Below, piece after piece: positions 39,383 to 49,057 of a DNA stretch of 64,000 bases (positions within the stretch are counted from its first letter, which is position 1; every line of letters starts with the position of its first letter). This DNA is from an uncultured virus (IMG/VR IMGVR_UViG_3300042294_004663) (lineage: Duplodnaviria > Heunggongvirae > Uroviricota > Caudoviricetes). Where the stretch lies: IMG/VR virus record IMGVR_UViG_3300042294_004663; one strand, given 5' to 3'. Both the position numbers and the translations under genes were made by a program. The notes beneath the pieces are model-generated. The model saw nothing but the letters and a program-made list of their open reading frames with translations, did no database searches and was not told the DNA's origin.

Positions 39383-40057
39383 TTATAATCCGAATCTGGT
39401 TTTTAATGCTTGATAATTTTGAGTCATTTCTGCTACTGATAATGCTCTATTATAGTAATAAACAGCAGCTATGTCTCCTCTATAAAGTCTACCATATAAG
39501 TCTGTAGAACCAATAGCAGCTGTTCCTGCTTGAAAAGTGTTAGTTCCAACACTTCCATTACCAGCAGCATTACCATTTAAATAAAAATTTACTGAACTTC
39601 CATTTACTATTAAAGTATAATCCCACCACCCAGCTGAAGACATATTTAATGAAGGTGATGTGAAATCGTCACACCATTTTGCCATTGTAGGACCTAATGA
39701 ATTATTCATACTCATTAAAAATGTTGTCCCACTACATGCTCTAGGTCCGTAACTAAATAAACCATTATATGTTCCATCATTTTGAGAAACATTAGGTTTC
39801 ATCCATACAACGCAAGAAGCAGCATTAGTTAATCCAGTAGTTGAAAATGATGTATTATTCATATAATCATCTGAACCATCAAAGGTAAACCATCCTCCTG
39901 AGTTGAAAGTTGTACCATTAACTATATTAAAATGGTTATTTCTACCACTTAGATCAAACCATGTTGTACCTGATCCAGGATATGATTTTGGATTTGATGC
40001 ATCAAGAGCTAACATTAATCCATCGGTTACTGTATTTGGTCCTCTATAAAATCCCAT
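39383..40057 (-). CDS. LamG/concanavalin A-like lectin domain protein
   Basis: GLMLALDASN..SYPGSG..W.DLS, FDGSDDY and YNRALSVAEMTQNY. Confidence 0.88.
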   Translation of the reverse strand: MGFYRGPNTVTDGLMLALDASNPKSYPGSGTTWFDLSGRNNHFNIVNGTTFNSGGWFTFDGSDDYMNNTSFSTTGLTNAASCVVWMKPNVSQNDGTYNGLFSYGPRACSGTTFLMSMNNSLGPTMAKWCDDFTSPSLNMSSAGWWDYTLIVNGSSVNFYLNGNAAGNGSVGTNTFQAGTAAIGSTDLYGRLYRGDIAAVYYYNRALSVAEMTQNYQALKTRFGL

Positions 40058-40058
40058 A

Positions 40059-42710
40059 TTATAGTGCTCTTACTAAAGTTTTTACTGACCAGTTATCTGT
40101 AGTTGCTGTTGCAAGTAATCTCATATAAGGGGTTGAAAGATCAACTGATAAAGTTAATGCAGAAGTAGTTCCTAAATCATTTGTTGATGTTTCGGTAAAT
40201 TCTACATTGGTTCCATTATGACATGCATATACAGTACCTGATCTTAGATTGGTTCCATTTTTAACTACAAAATCAAAAAATGCTGCTGTATAAATAGATG
40301 AATCTACTACTGCAACAACTTCTGTTCCTGTGTCTACATCTGTATTTTCTTGATTGTCTAATAAGACATTATCTATTGTAATAGTACCAGTTATATCTAA
40401 GTTACTTCCATCAAAGGTCATGTTGGATTCACCATTAAATGGTGTTGTACCATTACCAGTAGCAGTAACTACATAATTGTTTACGTTATTTGTAATAGCA
40501 GTTGCTGCACTTGTACCTTGAGCACCTGTTGTTCCTTGTGTTCCTGTAGTACCTTGTGTACCAGTTATACCTTGTGCTCCAGTAACACCTTGTGCTCCTG
40601 TAGTTCCTTGGGTACCTACAGCTCCTTGAGTTCCTGTTGCCCCTTGTGCTCCAGTTGTTCCAGTAGCACCTTGTGAACCAGTAGCACCTACAGTTCCTTG
40701 TGTTCCAGTTGTACCTTGCGCTCCAGTGTTACCAGTAGTACCTTGCGCTCCAGTAGCACCTTGAGATCCAGTTGCACCTTGTGTTCCAGTTGTTCCTTGA
40801 GTACCTACGGCTCCTTGCGTTCCTGTTGCACCTTGGGCTCCGGTTGTTCCAGTAGCACCTTGAGATCCGGTAGCACCTACAGTACCTTGTGTACCTGTAG
40901 TTCCTTGTGCTCCAGTAGTACCAACTGTTCCTTGTGTTCCAGTTATACCTTGTGCACCTGTTGCTCCTTGTGTTCCAGTTGTTCCTTGAGTACCTACAGC
41001 ACCTTGTGTTCCTGTTGCTCCTTGGGCTCCAGTTGTTCCAGTAGTACCTTGTGCACCTGTTGCGCCTTGTGCACCGGTTGCACCTTGTGTACCAACAACT
41101 CCTTGCGTTCCTGTTGTACCTTGTGCACCAGTAGCACCTTGTGATCCAGTAGCACCAACTGTACCTTGTGTACCAGTAGTACCTTGAGCACCTGTTGTAC
41201 CAACTGTACCTTGTGTTCCAGTTGTTCCTTGTGCTCCAGTTGCACCTTGTGTACCTGTAGTTCCTTGTGCACCTTTATCACCAGTAGTTACAAAAGATAC
41301 TATAATATCTTCATTATTTGTAAATGGAGAAGCTGCTGAGAATGCTTGGTTAGTGACAGTTAATGTCCACCAATCTGTATTATTAGTTAACGCTGATATC
41401 TGGAATAATAGGAATTGAGTTGCATCTGTTCTATTTGCAATTCTAACATATCCTTTTATAGCTGATGTTACAGCATTAATTGTATTTAAAAATGAATCTA
41501 TATTTGCAGATTGATCCGTAGTAGAATCAATATACATCGCAGTAGCAGTGTTTTCAGTCGCGTTATTTAATCGGACTTTACCCGTACCCGGGTCTGCTGC
41601 TGTTGTTGAAGTATCAAATGTATAATCGAAGGTAGCACCACCGAATGAACCATCATTTCCTTGTGTTCCGGTAGTACCTTGTGCACCAGTTGTTCCTTGT
41701 GTTCCAGTTGTTCCTTGAGTTCCTACTGTACCTTGCGTACCAACAGCACCCTGTGTTCCAGTAGTTCCTTGTGCTCCAGTAGCACCTTGTGCACCAGTTA
41801 CACCTTGTGTACCCTGTGTTCCAGTTGTTCCTTGCGCTCCAGTAGTACCAACGGTACCTTGTGCACCTGCTGTTCCTTGTGAGCCTGTTGCTCCAGTACC
41901 ACCTTGTATACCTTGTGTTCCGGTTGTACCTTGTGAACCAGTAGCACCAGTAGTTCCTTGTGTACCAACTGTTCCTTGTGACCCAGTTATACCTTGTGCT
42001 CCAGTAGTTCCTTGTGTACCTACAGCACCTTGGGTACCAGTAGTTCCTTGTGCTCCAGTAGCTCCTTGCGAACCAGTAGCTCCGGTTGCACCTTGAGATC
42101 CTGTTGCTCCAGTAGTACCTTGAGATCCAGTAGCACCTGTTGTTCCTTGTACACCAATAGCACCTTGAGATCCAGTTGCTCCTTGTGTTCCAGTAGTTCC
42201 TTGTGTACCAACAGCTCCTTGTGTACCTGTTGATCCTTGAGCACCAGTTGCGCCTTGCGAACCAGTAGCACCAGTAGCACCCTGTGAACCAGTTGCACCA
42301 GTTGTACCTTGTGCACCTGTTGTTCCAGTTGTACCTTGGGTTCCTGTTATTCCTTGTGCTCCAGTAGCACCTTGTGTTCCAGTTATACCTTGTGCACCTA
42401 TGGTTCCTTGAGCTCCAGTTGCGCCTTGTGTTCCTACTGTACCTTGTGCGCCAGTTGCGCCTTGAGTACCAGTTGTACCTTGTGTACCTGTAGTACCTTG
42501 TGTACCTGTAGCACCTTGTGTACCTTGTAAACTTAAATTATTTCTATATCTTAAATCACCATCTGCTGTTAATACAACAATATTGGTTTCTGTTGTTCCT
42601 AAAGGGACTGAAGTAAGAAGGGCTGTAGAGCCCGTAATACTAGTTGTTACATTTAAAGAGTTTAAGGCTGCATTAGAGCCTGATACTATGACTTTTTTCC
42701 AGTTTGGCAT
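40059..42710 (-). CDS. Collagen-like fibre protein with two G-X-Y tracts and an internal globular domain
   Basis: Two long GxQGxT tracts separated by a roughly 120-aa domain (TFDYTFD...IIVSF). Confidence 0.9.
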   Translation of the reverse strand: MPNWKKVIVSGSNAALNSLNVTTSITGSTALLTSVPLGTTETNIVVLTADGDLRYRNNLSLQGTQGATGTQGTTGTQGTTGTQGATGAQGTVGTQGATGAQGTIGAQGITGTQGATGAQGITGTQGTTGTTGAQGTTGATGSQGATGATGSQGATGAQGSTGTQGAVGTQGTTGTQGATGSQGAIGVQGTTGATGSQGTTGATGSQGATGATGSQGATGAQGTTGTQGAVGTQGTTGAQGITGSQGTVGTQGTTGATGSQGTTGTQGIQGGTGATGSQGTAGAQGTVGTTGAQGTTGTQGTQGVTGAQGATGAQGTTGTQGAVGTQGTVGTQGTTGTQGTTGAQGTTGTQGNDGSFGGATFDYTFDTSTTAADPGTGKVRLNNATENTATAMYIDSTTDQSANIDSFLNTINAVTSAIKGYVRIANRTDATQFLLFQISALTNNTDWWTLTVTNQAFSAASPFTNNEDIIVSFVTTGDKGAQGTTGTQGATGAQGTTGTQGTVGTTGAQGTTGTQGTVGATGSQGATGAQGTTGTQGVVGTQGATGAQGATGAQGTTGTTGAQGATGTQGAVGTQGTTGTQGATGAQGITGTQGTVGTTGAQGTTGTQGTVGATGSQGATGTTGAQGATGTQGAVGTQGTTGTQGATGSQGATGAQGTTGNTGAQGTTGTQGTVGATGSQGATGTTGAQGATGTQGAVGTQGTTGAQGVTGAQGITGTQGTTGTQGTTGAQGTSAATAITNNVNNYVVTATGNGTTPFNGESNMTFDGSNLDITGTITIDNVLLDNQENTDVDTGTEVVAVVDSSIYTAAFFDFVVKNGTNLRSGTVYACHNGTNVEFTETSTNDLGTTSALTLSVDLSTPYMRLLATATTDNWSVKTLVRAL

Positions 42711-42721
42711 TTAATAAAATT

Positions 42722-42778
42722 TATTACGGTTGGTTACACAGAATATGCTGTGTCCACTTCCCTTTCGGGCCTATAATA
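42722..42778 (-). promoter_or_regulatory. Putative structured RNA leader (three-way junction)
   Basis: Predicted pairings TATTAT(A)GG/CCGTAATA, CCC-GAAA-GGG and TGG-ACACAG-loop-CTGTGT-AA-CCA, between a late motif and the ATG. Confidence 0.6.
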
Positions 42779-42795
42779 CGGTAATAAATATATTA

Positions 42796-43032
42796 TTATT
42801 TTTTTCTAATTGGAATTTTTGCTTCTTCATGTTGAAGAATCTGTTGAAGACTTACATTTTTAGCTTCTTCTTCAGCTTTAATCATTTGTGTAATTTCTTC
42901 TAATTCATGTTCAAGTTTAAGTTGAATAGAAGCACAAAATTTAGCATCACGTCCTTGAATAGGAACTGTTTCTAATGCTTGACGAATAAAATTTAATTCC
43001 GCATGGGAAAAATCAACTGAAAATAGGTTCAT
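42796..43032 (-). CDS. Small hypothetical protein
   Basis: 78-aa helical ORF. Confidence 0.7.
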   Translation of the reverse strand: MNLFSVDFSHAELNFIRQALETVPIQGRDAKFCASIQLKLEHELEEITQMIKAEEEAKNVSLQQILQHEEAKIPIRKK

Positions 43033-43039
43033 AACTTAA

Positions 43040-43228
43040 TTATTTAGATTGTTCTGTATATTGGTTCTGTAATTTAATTACTAGATTATATAAAGGTTCA
43101 ATGTCTTCTCCAAGGAAAGTTGTACGTTTAATCATAGAAAGTAAAACCTCTATTTCTTGTGTAGTAAGTTGGTTTGTTGGTTGTTCTTGTGACGGGGTGT
43201 TTGTCCTAATTTTGTCTATGATGCCCAT
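43040..43228 (-). CDS. Small hypothetical protein
   Basis: 62-aa helical ORF, loosely similar in pattern to its neighbour. Confidence 0.7.
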   Translation of the reverse strand: MGIIDKIRTNTPSQEQPTNQLTTQEIEVLLSMIKRTTFLGEDIEPLYNLVIKLQNQYTEQSK

Positions 43229-43238
43229 AACATTAATC

Positions 43239-43270
43239 TAAAAAAATAGGGGTAGACTAATGCCTACCCC
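43239..43270 (-). terminator. Intrinsic terminator
   Basis: Minus strand GGGGTAGG-loop-TCTACCCC followed by TATTTTTTT. Confidence 0.8.
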
Positions 43271-43287
43271 ATTTAAGTTTGTTTTTA

Positions 43288-44724
43288 TTAAGAATAGATA
43301 AAAATATCTCCTGTTGATGTATTAACATGTATATTACCAAAACCATTACTAGCACCTCCATAAATTGGGGCTGCTAAAGGATTTGCTGCTGCAACTTCAG
43401 TTGTAGTAATAAATGCCGCAGGTGTAAATGAAGCTCCATTAGCTGTAAAACTTGAGGTAAATGCCCAACGATTAGTAGCACTATCATATCCATATAATTC
43501 ACCTACATTTTGAGTACCTTGTTGAATAACAATACCACCATCACCGGCTGTATTTGATCCTGAAGCAAATAGTACGAATCTATCTGCTACTTCTAAGTTA
43601 GTTGTTTGTTGGAATGATGCTGTACCTTGTACTGTTAAATTACCTGTAATTACTTCATTACCTGTTACTGTTAATGTAACACCATCAAATGTAAGTTTTT
43701 GTTCTCCGTTAATTCCAGTAGCACCAGTTGCAGTTAAAATATAATTGTCAACATTGTTTTGGATATTAGGAGCAATACTTCCTACTGTTGAAGCAAATGA
43801 AGATGAAATAGCATTAGAAGATGTTACTGTTAATGTGTTTGTAGTAGCATTAAATGTTAATGCTGCTGAATCTACACGTACTGCTCTGTTACCAGTAGTA
43901 CCGTCAGCAAACATTACATAGTAAGGACCAGTTCCTGATGTAGTATCGGTTACTGCTACGTTATTTGCATTTGTTGCTGTGATAGCATTTGTTGCATTTG
44001 TAGCCCAACTTGCAGTACCAAATAATGATGCTGTAACTCCTGTTACTGAGATTTGGGAAGCTAATGTTAAGCTATCTGTACCTTCAACTGTTAGGTTAGT
44101 GCCTGCTAAGTCTGTTAATAAATTACCATATGTGATATATTCTTGGCCTGTTGATTGGCTAATAAAGAATTTATCAGTACTTGTAACGTTAGTTACTGCA
44201 GTTGTAGGGAAAATTGCAGTTGCGGTAACTCCTGTTAAACCAGCACCATTACCAACAAATGAACCAGTAAATGAACCAGTTAATGCTGAGTTGGCTCCTG
44301 TTAATTGTAATGAAGTAGCACCTGTGATTGTAGTACCATTGTCAGTTAAGGATGAATTTGCAAATGCTGTGCCTGTCCATTTAGTGACATTATTAGTACT
44401 TAAAGCAGATGCACCACTTACAGCTACAGTTGCTGTTGCAGCACCGTCATAAGTAAATGCAGTAATACCAGTACCTTGGGTTAAATCAGGTAAGTTGGTT
44501 GTACCAACAAAGTTACCTTGAAATGAACCACTAAATGAACCAGAATGTATTAAGTTAGTAGCATTAGTTGTTGCTACAATGTTTCCGGTACCGTTAATTG
44601 CTGTGGTAGATAAGTTACCTGTACCACCACCAATTACTACGTTACCAGAAGTTAAGTTGTCTACTTGTAAAGCTGCTAAATTCGCTGTACTGCCCGAGAC
44701 AATGACTTTTTTCCAAGTTGCCAT
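43288..44724 (-). CDS. Fibre-like structural protein (Thr/Gly/Ala-rich)
   Basis: Beta-rich low-complexity sequence; shares its N-terminus (WKKVIVSGS) and an internal module with 40059..42710. Confidence 0.75.
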   Translation of the reverse strand: MATWKKVIVSGSTANLAALQVDNLTSGNVVIGGGTGNLSTTAINGTGNIVATTNATNLIHSGSFSGSFQGNFVGTTNLPDLTQGTGITAFTYDGAATATVAVSGASALSTNNVTKWTGTAFANSSLTDNGTTITGATSLQLTGANSALTGSFTGSFVGNGAGLTGVTATAIFPTTAVTNVTSTDKFFISQSTGQEYITYGNLLTDLAGTNLTVEGTDSLTLASQISVTGVTASLFGTASWATNATNAITATNANNVAVTDTTSGTGPYYVMFADGTTGNRAVRVDSAALTFNATTNTLTVTSSNAISSSFASTVGSIAPNIQNNVDNYILTATGATGINGEQKLTFDGVTLTVTGNEVITGNLTVQGTASFQQTTNLEVADRFVLFASGSNTAGDGGIVIQQGTQNVGELYGYDSATNRWAFTSSFTANGASFTPAAFITTTEVAAANPLAAPIYGGASNGFGNIHVNTSTGDIFIYS

Positions 44725-44766
44725 GTTGTTTTCTTATTTTTTTATTTTATTATACATATGTTATTT

Positions 44767-45111
44767 TTAATCAAGACCAACAAAAAACGAAGCGGAAGTA
44801 AAATATATTCCACCATTTGGTGCAGGGCCTGTAAGATTTTGAGATTGGGTTGAGAATATTACTACTCCACTTTGAGATACTGTTAATACTGGTTGATTAT
44901 TATTAGTAATAATAAATATGTTTGGACCAATATTAACACTTGCTGAGATACTTCCTGTGGCTATTCTAAAAGGAGTACCTGTAACACCACCTTCACCATT
45001 TAAAGCATAAGAAGCAGTCAATGCATAATTTGCATATGATGAAGTTCCAAATAACGAACCCGTTATTTCATAGAATCCTGATCGTAACTGTTCCGGTTTA
45101 ATTAATGCCAT
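44767..45111 (-). CDS. Small structural/decoration-like protein
   Basis: TGS/TAS/SAS-rich; follows the neck genes. Confidence 0.65.
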   Translation of the reverse strand: MALIKPEQLRSGFYEITGSLFGTSSYANYALTASYALNGEGGVTGTPFRIATGSISASVNIGPNIFIITNNNQPVLTVSQSGVVIFSTQSQNLTGPAPNGGIYFTSASFFVGLD

Positions 45112-45112
45112 T

Positions 45113-45256
45113 TTACTTTCCTTGTGCTATGTATGCTTTTACGTAATTTTTACTGTTTTTACTTTTACTTGTTTTGGATTTTGCATGAACTCCTGGTCTT
45201 CTTTTGCGAGGTTTTTTAACAAACGAAATCGCTGCTTGTGCTTTTGCTTTTGCCAT
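45113..45256 (-). CDS. Small highly basic protein (47 aa)
   Basis: Below the ORF-track cutoff: MAKAKAQAAISFVKKPRKRRPGVHAKSKTSKSKNSKNYVKAYIAQGK. It fills the gap between two genes almost exactly. Confidence 0.75.
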   Translation of the reverse strand: MAKAKAQAAISFVKKPRKRRPGVHAKSKTSKSKNSKNYVKAYIAQGK

Positions 45257-45266
45257 TTTAAAAAAA

Positions 45267-46526
45267 TTAATTATTAAACTTACCTATTGCTACTACTTCA
45301 TCATTAGCATTAAAACTATATCCTAGTTCTACAGGATTAATTACAAGAGTTGTAATTCCTCCACTTTGAGTAAATGAAACTATAGCAGCGTTTTCAATTA
45401 AAGTACCATTACAAAATATAGAAAAATTATTTAACGATGTTGCTGGTAATCCTGCAGGGGCTGTTAACCATCCACTAGCAAATGTTATTGTAGTTGAGTT
45501 AACAAAAGTTCCTAATTTTTGTATGTTAGTATTTAAGTATTGAAGCACAGCAGGGTCTATATAATTTACTACAAGTTGTTGGTCGTCTATAAATATAGGA
45601 GAAATCTTTTTAATTGGTGGTTTAACTTCTGATAGATTATCAACAGTTTCTAATCCAATAATTACTTGGGCTTTGCTGTTATATTTTTTAACAGCGGTTA
45701 CATCTTTTTGAATTGTATCAGGAACGATATAACCAAACAATTTAATAGTAAATGTACCCTTTATAACACGATTTGTGTTATCTGATACTTCAATTGCTGT
45801 AGAATATGAATCAATAGATGCTTTAAATTTAAAACGTTCAGGGTCACCCCAATAAGAATCAGAAGCATAGTTAATAGCCTCAATTATTTTATTCATCTGT
45901 TCAACATAGTACGTTTGAATAGCACATGTATACGTTAAATTAACATAGTCAGGTACTACATTAACAACGAACTGTTTAACAGGAATTCGATTTGTTAATA
46001 CGTTAAAATTTGAATAATCATTTTTTGGGTTATATGTTTTTGCCCAAGAAGTATATAAATTAGGATGATTAGCATCTAATTTGTTTGTAAGAGATCGATT
46101 TTTTTCCATTGTATCTCTTTTAAACATAATTAGTGGGGCCATTATAGCACCATTTCTATCTTTATAATACCCATCTTTTTGTACTGATTTCCATTTTTCA
46201 GGTGAACCATATATTACAGGTACTTCAATTCGTACACCATTTTGGTAAACAAATGGACGTATAACATTTTGAAAGTAATACATTATTGCTTCATCAATAT
46301 CTTGTAAACCTACAACAAATTGTTTGTAAGTATCATCTTTTACAGACATTTGTTCAGAACGATTAAATGGTATTCCACTTTGATCGTTTGCTGTAAATTG
46401 ATTAAATTGAGAAGGTATATTAGGATTACCTAGAGATTCCCCAGTATCAGGGAACACATAAGGTTCTATCTGACTATTTTGAATCTCTAATTGAGATTTA
46501 GGATTGGGTTTTCTAGCTGATGGCAT
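45267..46526 (-). CDS. Tail terminator / sheath stabiliser (gp15-like) with a C-terminal extension
   Basis: VPVIYGSPEKW, P.YVNLTY and QMNKIIE; follows the neck genes. Confidence 0.7.
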   Translation of the reverse strand: MPSARKPNPKSQLEIQNSQIEPYVFPDTGESLGNPNIPSQFNQFTANDQSGIPFNRSEQMSVKDDTYKQFVVGLQDIDEAIMYYFQNVIRPFVYQNGVRIEVPVIYGSPEKWKSVQKDGYYKDRNGAIMAPLIMFKRDTMEKNRSLTNKLDANHPNLYTSWAKTYNPKNDYSNFNVLTNRIPVKQFVVNVVPDYVNLTYTCAIQTYYVEQMNKIIEAINYASDSYWGDPERFKFKASIDSYSTAIEVSDNTNRVIKGTFTIKLFGYIVPDTIQKDVTAVKKYNSKAQVIIGLETVDNLSEVKPPIKKISPIFIDDQQLVVNYIDPAVLQYLNTNIQKLGTFVNSTTITFASGWLTAPAGLPATSLNNFSIFCNGTLIENAAIVSFTQSGGITTLVINPVELGYSFNANDEVVAIGKFNN

Positions 46527-46529
46527 ATG

Positions 46530-47102
46530 TTATAATCTTTCTCTTGTAATTTGTACTTTATCTGCAGGTACATAATGACAAAAGCAGATAATAGATAAAT
46601 TTGTGCCATAATTTTCTAAACCTGGATTAAGAGGATTAGTATCATATGGGTATGCTGGGTCTTTTCCAACAAATAGTTGGTTATCATTTGTATTGTCGAC
46701 TTCCCAATATGAATTATTCCACATAATAATATCTCCCACATCAGGAACAATATCAGCTCCATAAGGTGTTCCAGGATAATTAGCTATATCAGGTCCTCCA
46801 CCATAAGGATCAGGATTTTTACCACGTAAATCATCACGTAAAAATCTAAATTCCATTGGACGATCGTAATCTACACCAAAGTCACTAACTGGGGATTGGT
46901 TGTCTCCTCTATTAATTAAGGTGTTAAGTAAAATAGGACCTATATAATATCTAGCACCTGCTGCTTCACCATATATATTTACCTTAGTTTCATCCGCTTT
47001 TAATTGGTAGTAAGCACATTGTTGGGAAATAATATCCCACATCAACTCACGGTTAAGGTGTCTAAACAAAGATACATCACGTTGGGTACCGTATAGTGCC
47101 AT
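46530..47102 (-). CDS. Neck / head-closure protein (gp14-like)
   Basis: NIYGE and PDVGDII.W...YWEV; gene order. Confidence 0.7.
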   Translation of the reverse strand: MALYGTQRDVSLFRHLNRELMWDIISQQCAYYQLKADETKVNIYGEAAGARYYIGPILLNTLINRGDNQSPVSDFGVDYDRPMEFRFLRDDLRGKNPDPYGGGPDIANYPGTPYGADIVPDVGDIIMWNNSYWEVDNTNDNQLFVGKDPAYPYDTNPLNPGLENYGTNLSIICFCHYVPADKVQITRERL

Positions 47103-47103
47103 A

Positions 47104-48249
47104 TTATCCTATAAAAATTGTCATTGGTACATCATTTAAAATGTTATTTTGATAATCTGCTTCAGCTGCTTTCTTTTCAAGTAAAGATTTGCGGGAAGTT
47201 GAATCTAAATATATTCTTAAACGTTCTAATAATGTTGTTTTTTCGCTTGTTGCAGCCGTAATTAAATCACTTTGATTTAGTGTTACTTCAGAACCAGGAA
47301 TTGGTACTGTAGTATATTTTCCACGGACATATCCTAACATTTCTTTAGACAATGCTAAAGCATATTCAAATACCCATGAACGCCCTATTGAGTTAATATT
47401 TGAGTATGTTGGATTTTCGTAAGGTACATCTCCAGGGGTAACAATTACACTTCCACTAACATCCGCGTATGGGTATCTAGTATCATCTAATTTAACATAC
47501 TGGAACCATAGTTCGTAGTAAAATACTTGAGGGATAGGGAATATTTTTAATTGGTTATTTACCAATTCAAATGTATATTGTGATTTACGGATTTGATCAT
47601 TAAATTCTATTGCTTGAATCTTTTGTAAATCGTAATTAATAGGCATTAACATAAAGTTAATAGCAGGTGAATATGAACCCCACCCAAAACTATCAAGCAT
47701 TTGCATCATACCTGTACCTGTACCTGCATACGGATCAAAATATCGTGTAATCGCAGGAGGTGATTCATAATATATACGTTTGATTTCAATACCACCTGAA
47801 ATACTTTGGGATAATGCCCATGCATTCATGTCATATTCTTGTTGGCCTGGGATTAATTGTATAGATCCGCTATGGTAGGTTACTTTACCCCCAACTCCAG
47901 CTTCAGTTCCATATTGATGAGAAAGTAAAACTACATTAGCCATAGTTTCTTGAACAAGCTTATTATTTGCTGGTTCAAGCGTCATTGGATTACCTTGGAA
48001 TGTTAAAAGATTATCAGCTACTTGGTAAGCATATAATTCGTTTCCATAAGTTGTTACGGCATCCTCAAGTGCAGTATAAAAGTTAATATCTTGTAACTCG
48101 ACTTCAACTAAAGGATACCCCATACGTTGAGCAGCAAATTTTGCAAATTTATCTGCATCAGATTGAAACTGTGGATCATTATCATAAAATCCAAAAGGTG
48201 TATCTCCAGGTTGAAATGAACTTGAGCCAGGCCAAATAGGAATGTTCAT
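47104..48249 (-). CDS. Neck / adaptor protein (gp13-like)
   Basis: MGYPLVEVEL and WVFEYALALSKEMLGYVRGKY...PG..VTLN. Confidence 0.8.
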   Translation of the reverse strand: MNIPIWPGSSSFQPGDTPFGFYDNDPQFQSDADKFAKFAAQRMGYPLVEVELQDINFYTALEDAVTTYGNELYAYQVADNLLTFQGNPMTLEPANNKLVQETMANVVLLSHQYGTEAGVGGKVTYHSGSIQLIPGQQEYDMNAWALSQSISGGIEIKRIYYESPPAITRYFDPYAGTGTGMMQMLDSFGWGSYSPAINFMLMPINYDLQKIQAIEFNDQIRKSQYTFELVNNQLKIFPIPQVFYYELWFQYVKLDDTRYPYADVSGSVIVTPGDVPYENPTYSNINSIGRSWVFEYALALSKEMLGYVRGKYTTVPIPGSEVTLNQSDLITAATSEKTTLLERLRIYLDSTSRKSLLEKKAAEADYQNNILNDVPMTIFIG

Positions 48250-48273
48250 AGCAATATTTTGTTATAAATATGG

Positions 48274-48972
48274 CTATCCTCTAAACGATTTGTATACCTC
48301 TAAAATATCATCTACTATTGGATGTCTATGATTTTTTTCTAGCGTAATTACTTCAAATCCAGGTACTTCTTTCATATGTTTACACACAACATCAAATCCT
48401 GAAGTTTTTTTATCTTTTAAGTCGACTTGGGCAGCATCACCACAAAAGACCATCTTACTTCCTGAGCAAATACGAGTTAAAAGAAGTTCTGTTTGATTAT
48501 CTGTTAAGTTTTGGGCTTCATCTACTACAACTAAACAATCTGTAAAGTTTCTACCTCGCATAAATGATACAGGAACGATTTCAATTTCACCATCTTGTAT
48601 GCATTTTTCAATTTTTTCTTTATTGTATAAACGATGCATGTTTTCATATACAGGGGCAGTAAATGGAGCAAGTTTTTCATTTACATCTCCTGGTAGAAAC
48701 CCAATATCTTGTCCTGCTACTACAGTTGGTCGAGTAATAATAATTTTTTCAATTTCACGACTAAATAATAAATCAAGGGCAACATTAGCTGCTAATAAAG
48801 ATTTACCCGAACCTGCTTTACCACGTAATATAGTTACAGTATTGCTTAAAATTTTAGATTTAGCTGTTTTTTGCTCTTCGTTTAATTGAATGTTAAACTT
48901 AATAGGACCTTTTGGTTTGCGTTTTGCTTTAAATACCTCCTGCGCTTCAGGAGTTCTATTAAAATCTGTCAT
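48274..48972 (-). CDS. phoH: PhoH-like ATPase
   Basis: GKAGSGKS, RP, GFLPG, FMRGR, DEAQN, GD..Q.D and HRH. The start is reassigned to ATG 48972 because the longer ORF begins inside the capsid terminator. Confidence 0.93.
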   Translation of the reverse strand: MTDFNRTPEAQEVFKAKRKPKGPIKFNIQLNEEQKTAKSKILSNTVTILRGKAGSGKSLLAANVALDLLFSREIEKIIITRPTVVAGQDIGFLPGDVNEKLAPFTAPVYENMHRLYNKEKIEKCIQDGEIEIVPVSFMRGRNFTDCLVVVDEAQNLTDNQTELLLTRICSGSKMVFCGDAAQVDLKDKKTSGFDVVCKHMKEVPGFEVITLEKNHRHPIVDDILEVYKSFRG

Positions 48973-49000
48973 ATAACTATATTTGCTAATAAATATTAGA

Positions 49001-49034
49001 AGAAAACAGAAAAGCCTGGCTTTCGCCAGGCTCT
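49001..49034 (-). terminator. Intrinsic terminator after the major capsid gene
   Basis: Minus strand AGCCTGGC-GAAA-GCCAGGCT followed by TTTCTGTTTT. Confidence 0.88.
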
Positions 49035-49057
49035 TCAAATCATTTGATTAGTTACTC

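Noticed and set aside
38692..40057. Diversity-generating retroelement template/variable repeat pair
   Set aside because: The similarity is at paralogue level, with no adenine-specific mismatch pattern seen and no reverse transcriptase in the window.
48973..49038. N-terminal extension of PhoH
   Set aside because: It runs through the capsid terminator and the late motif; ATG 48972 is the better start.
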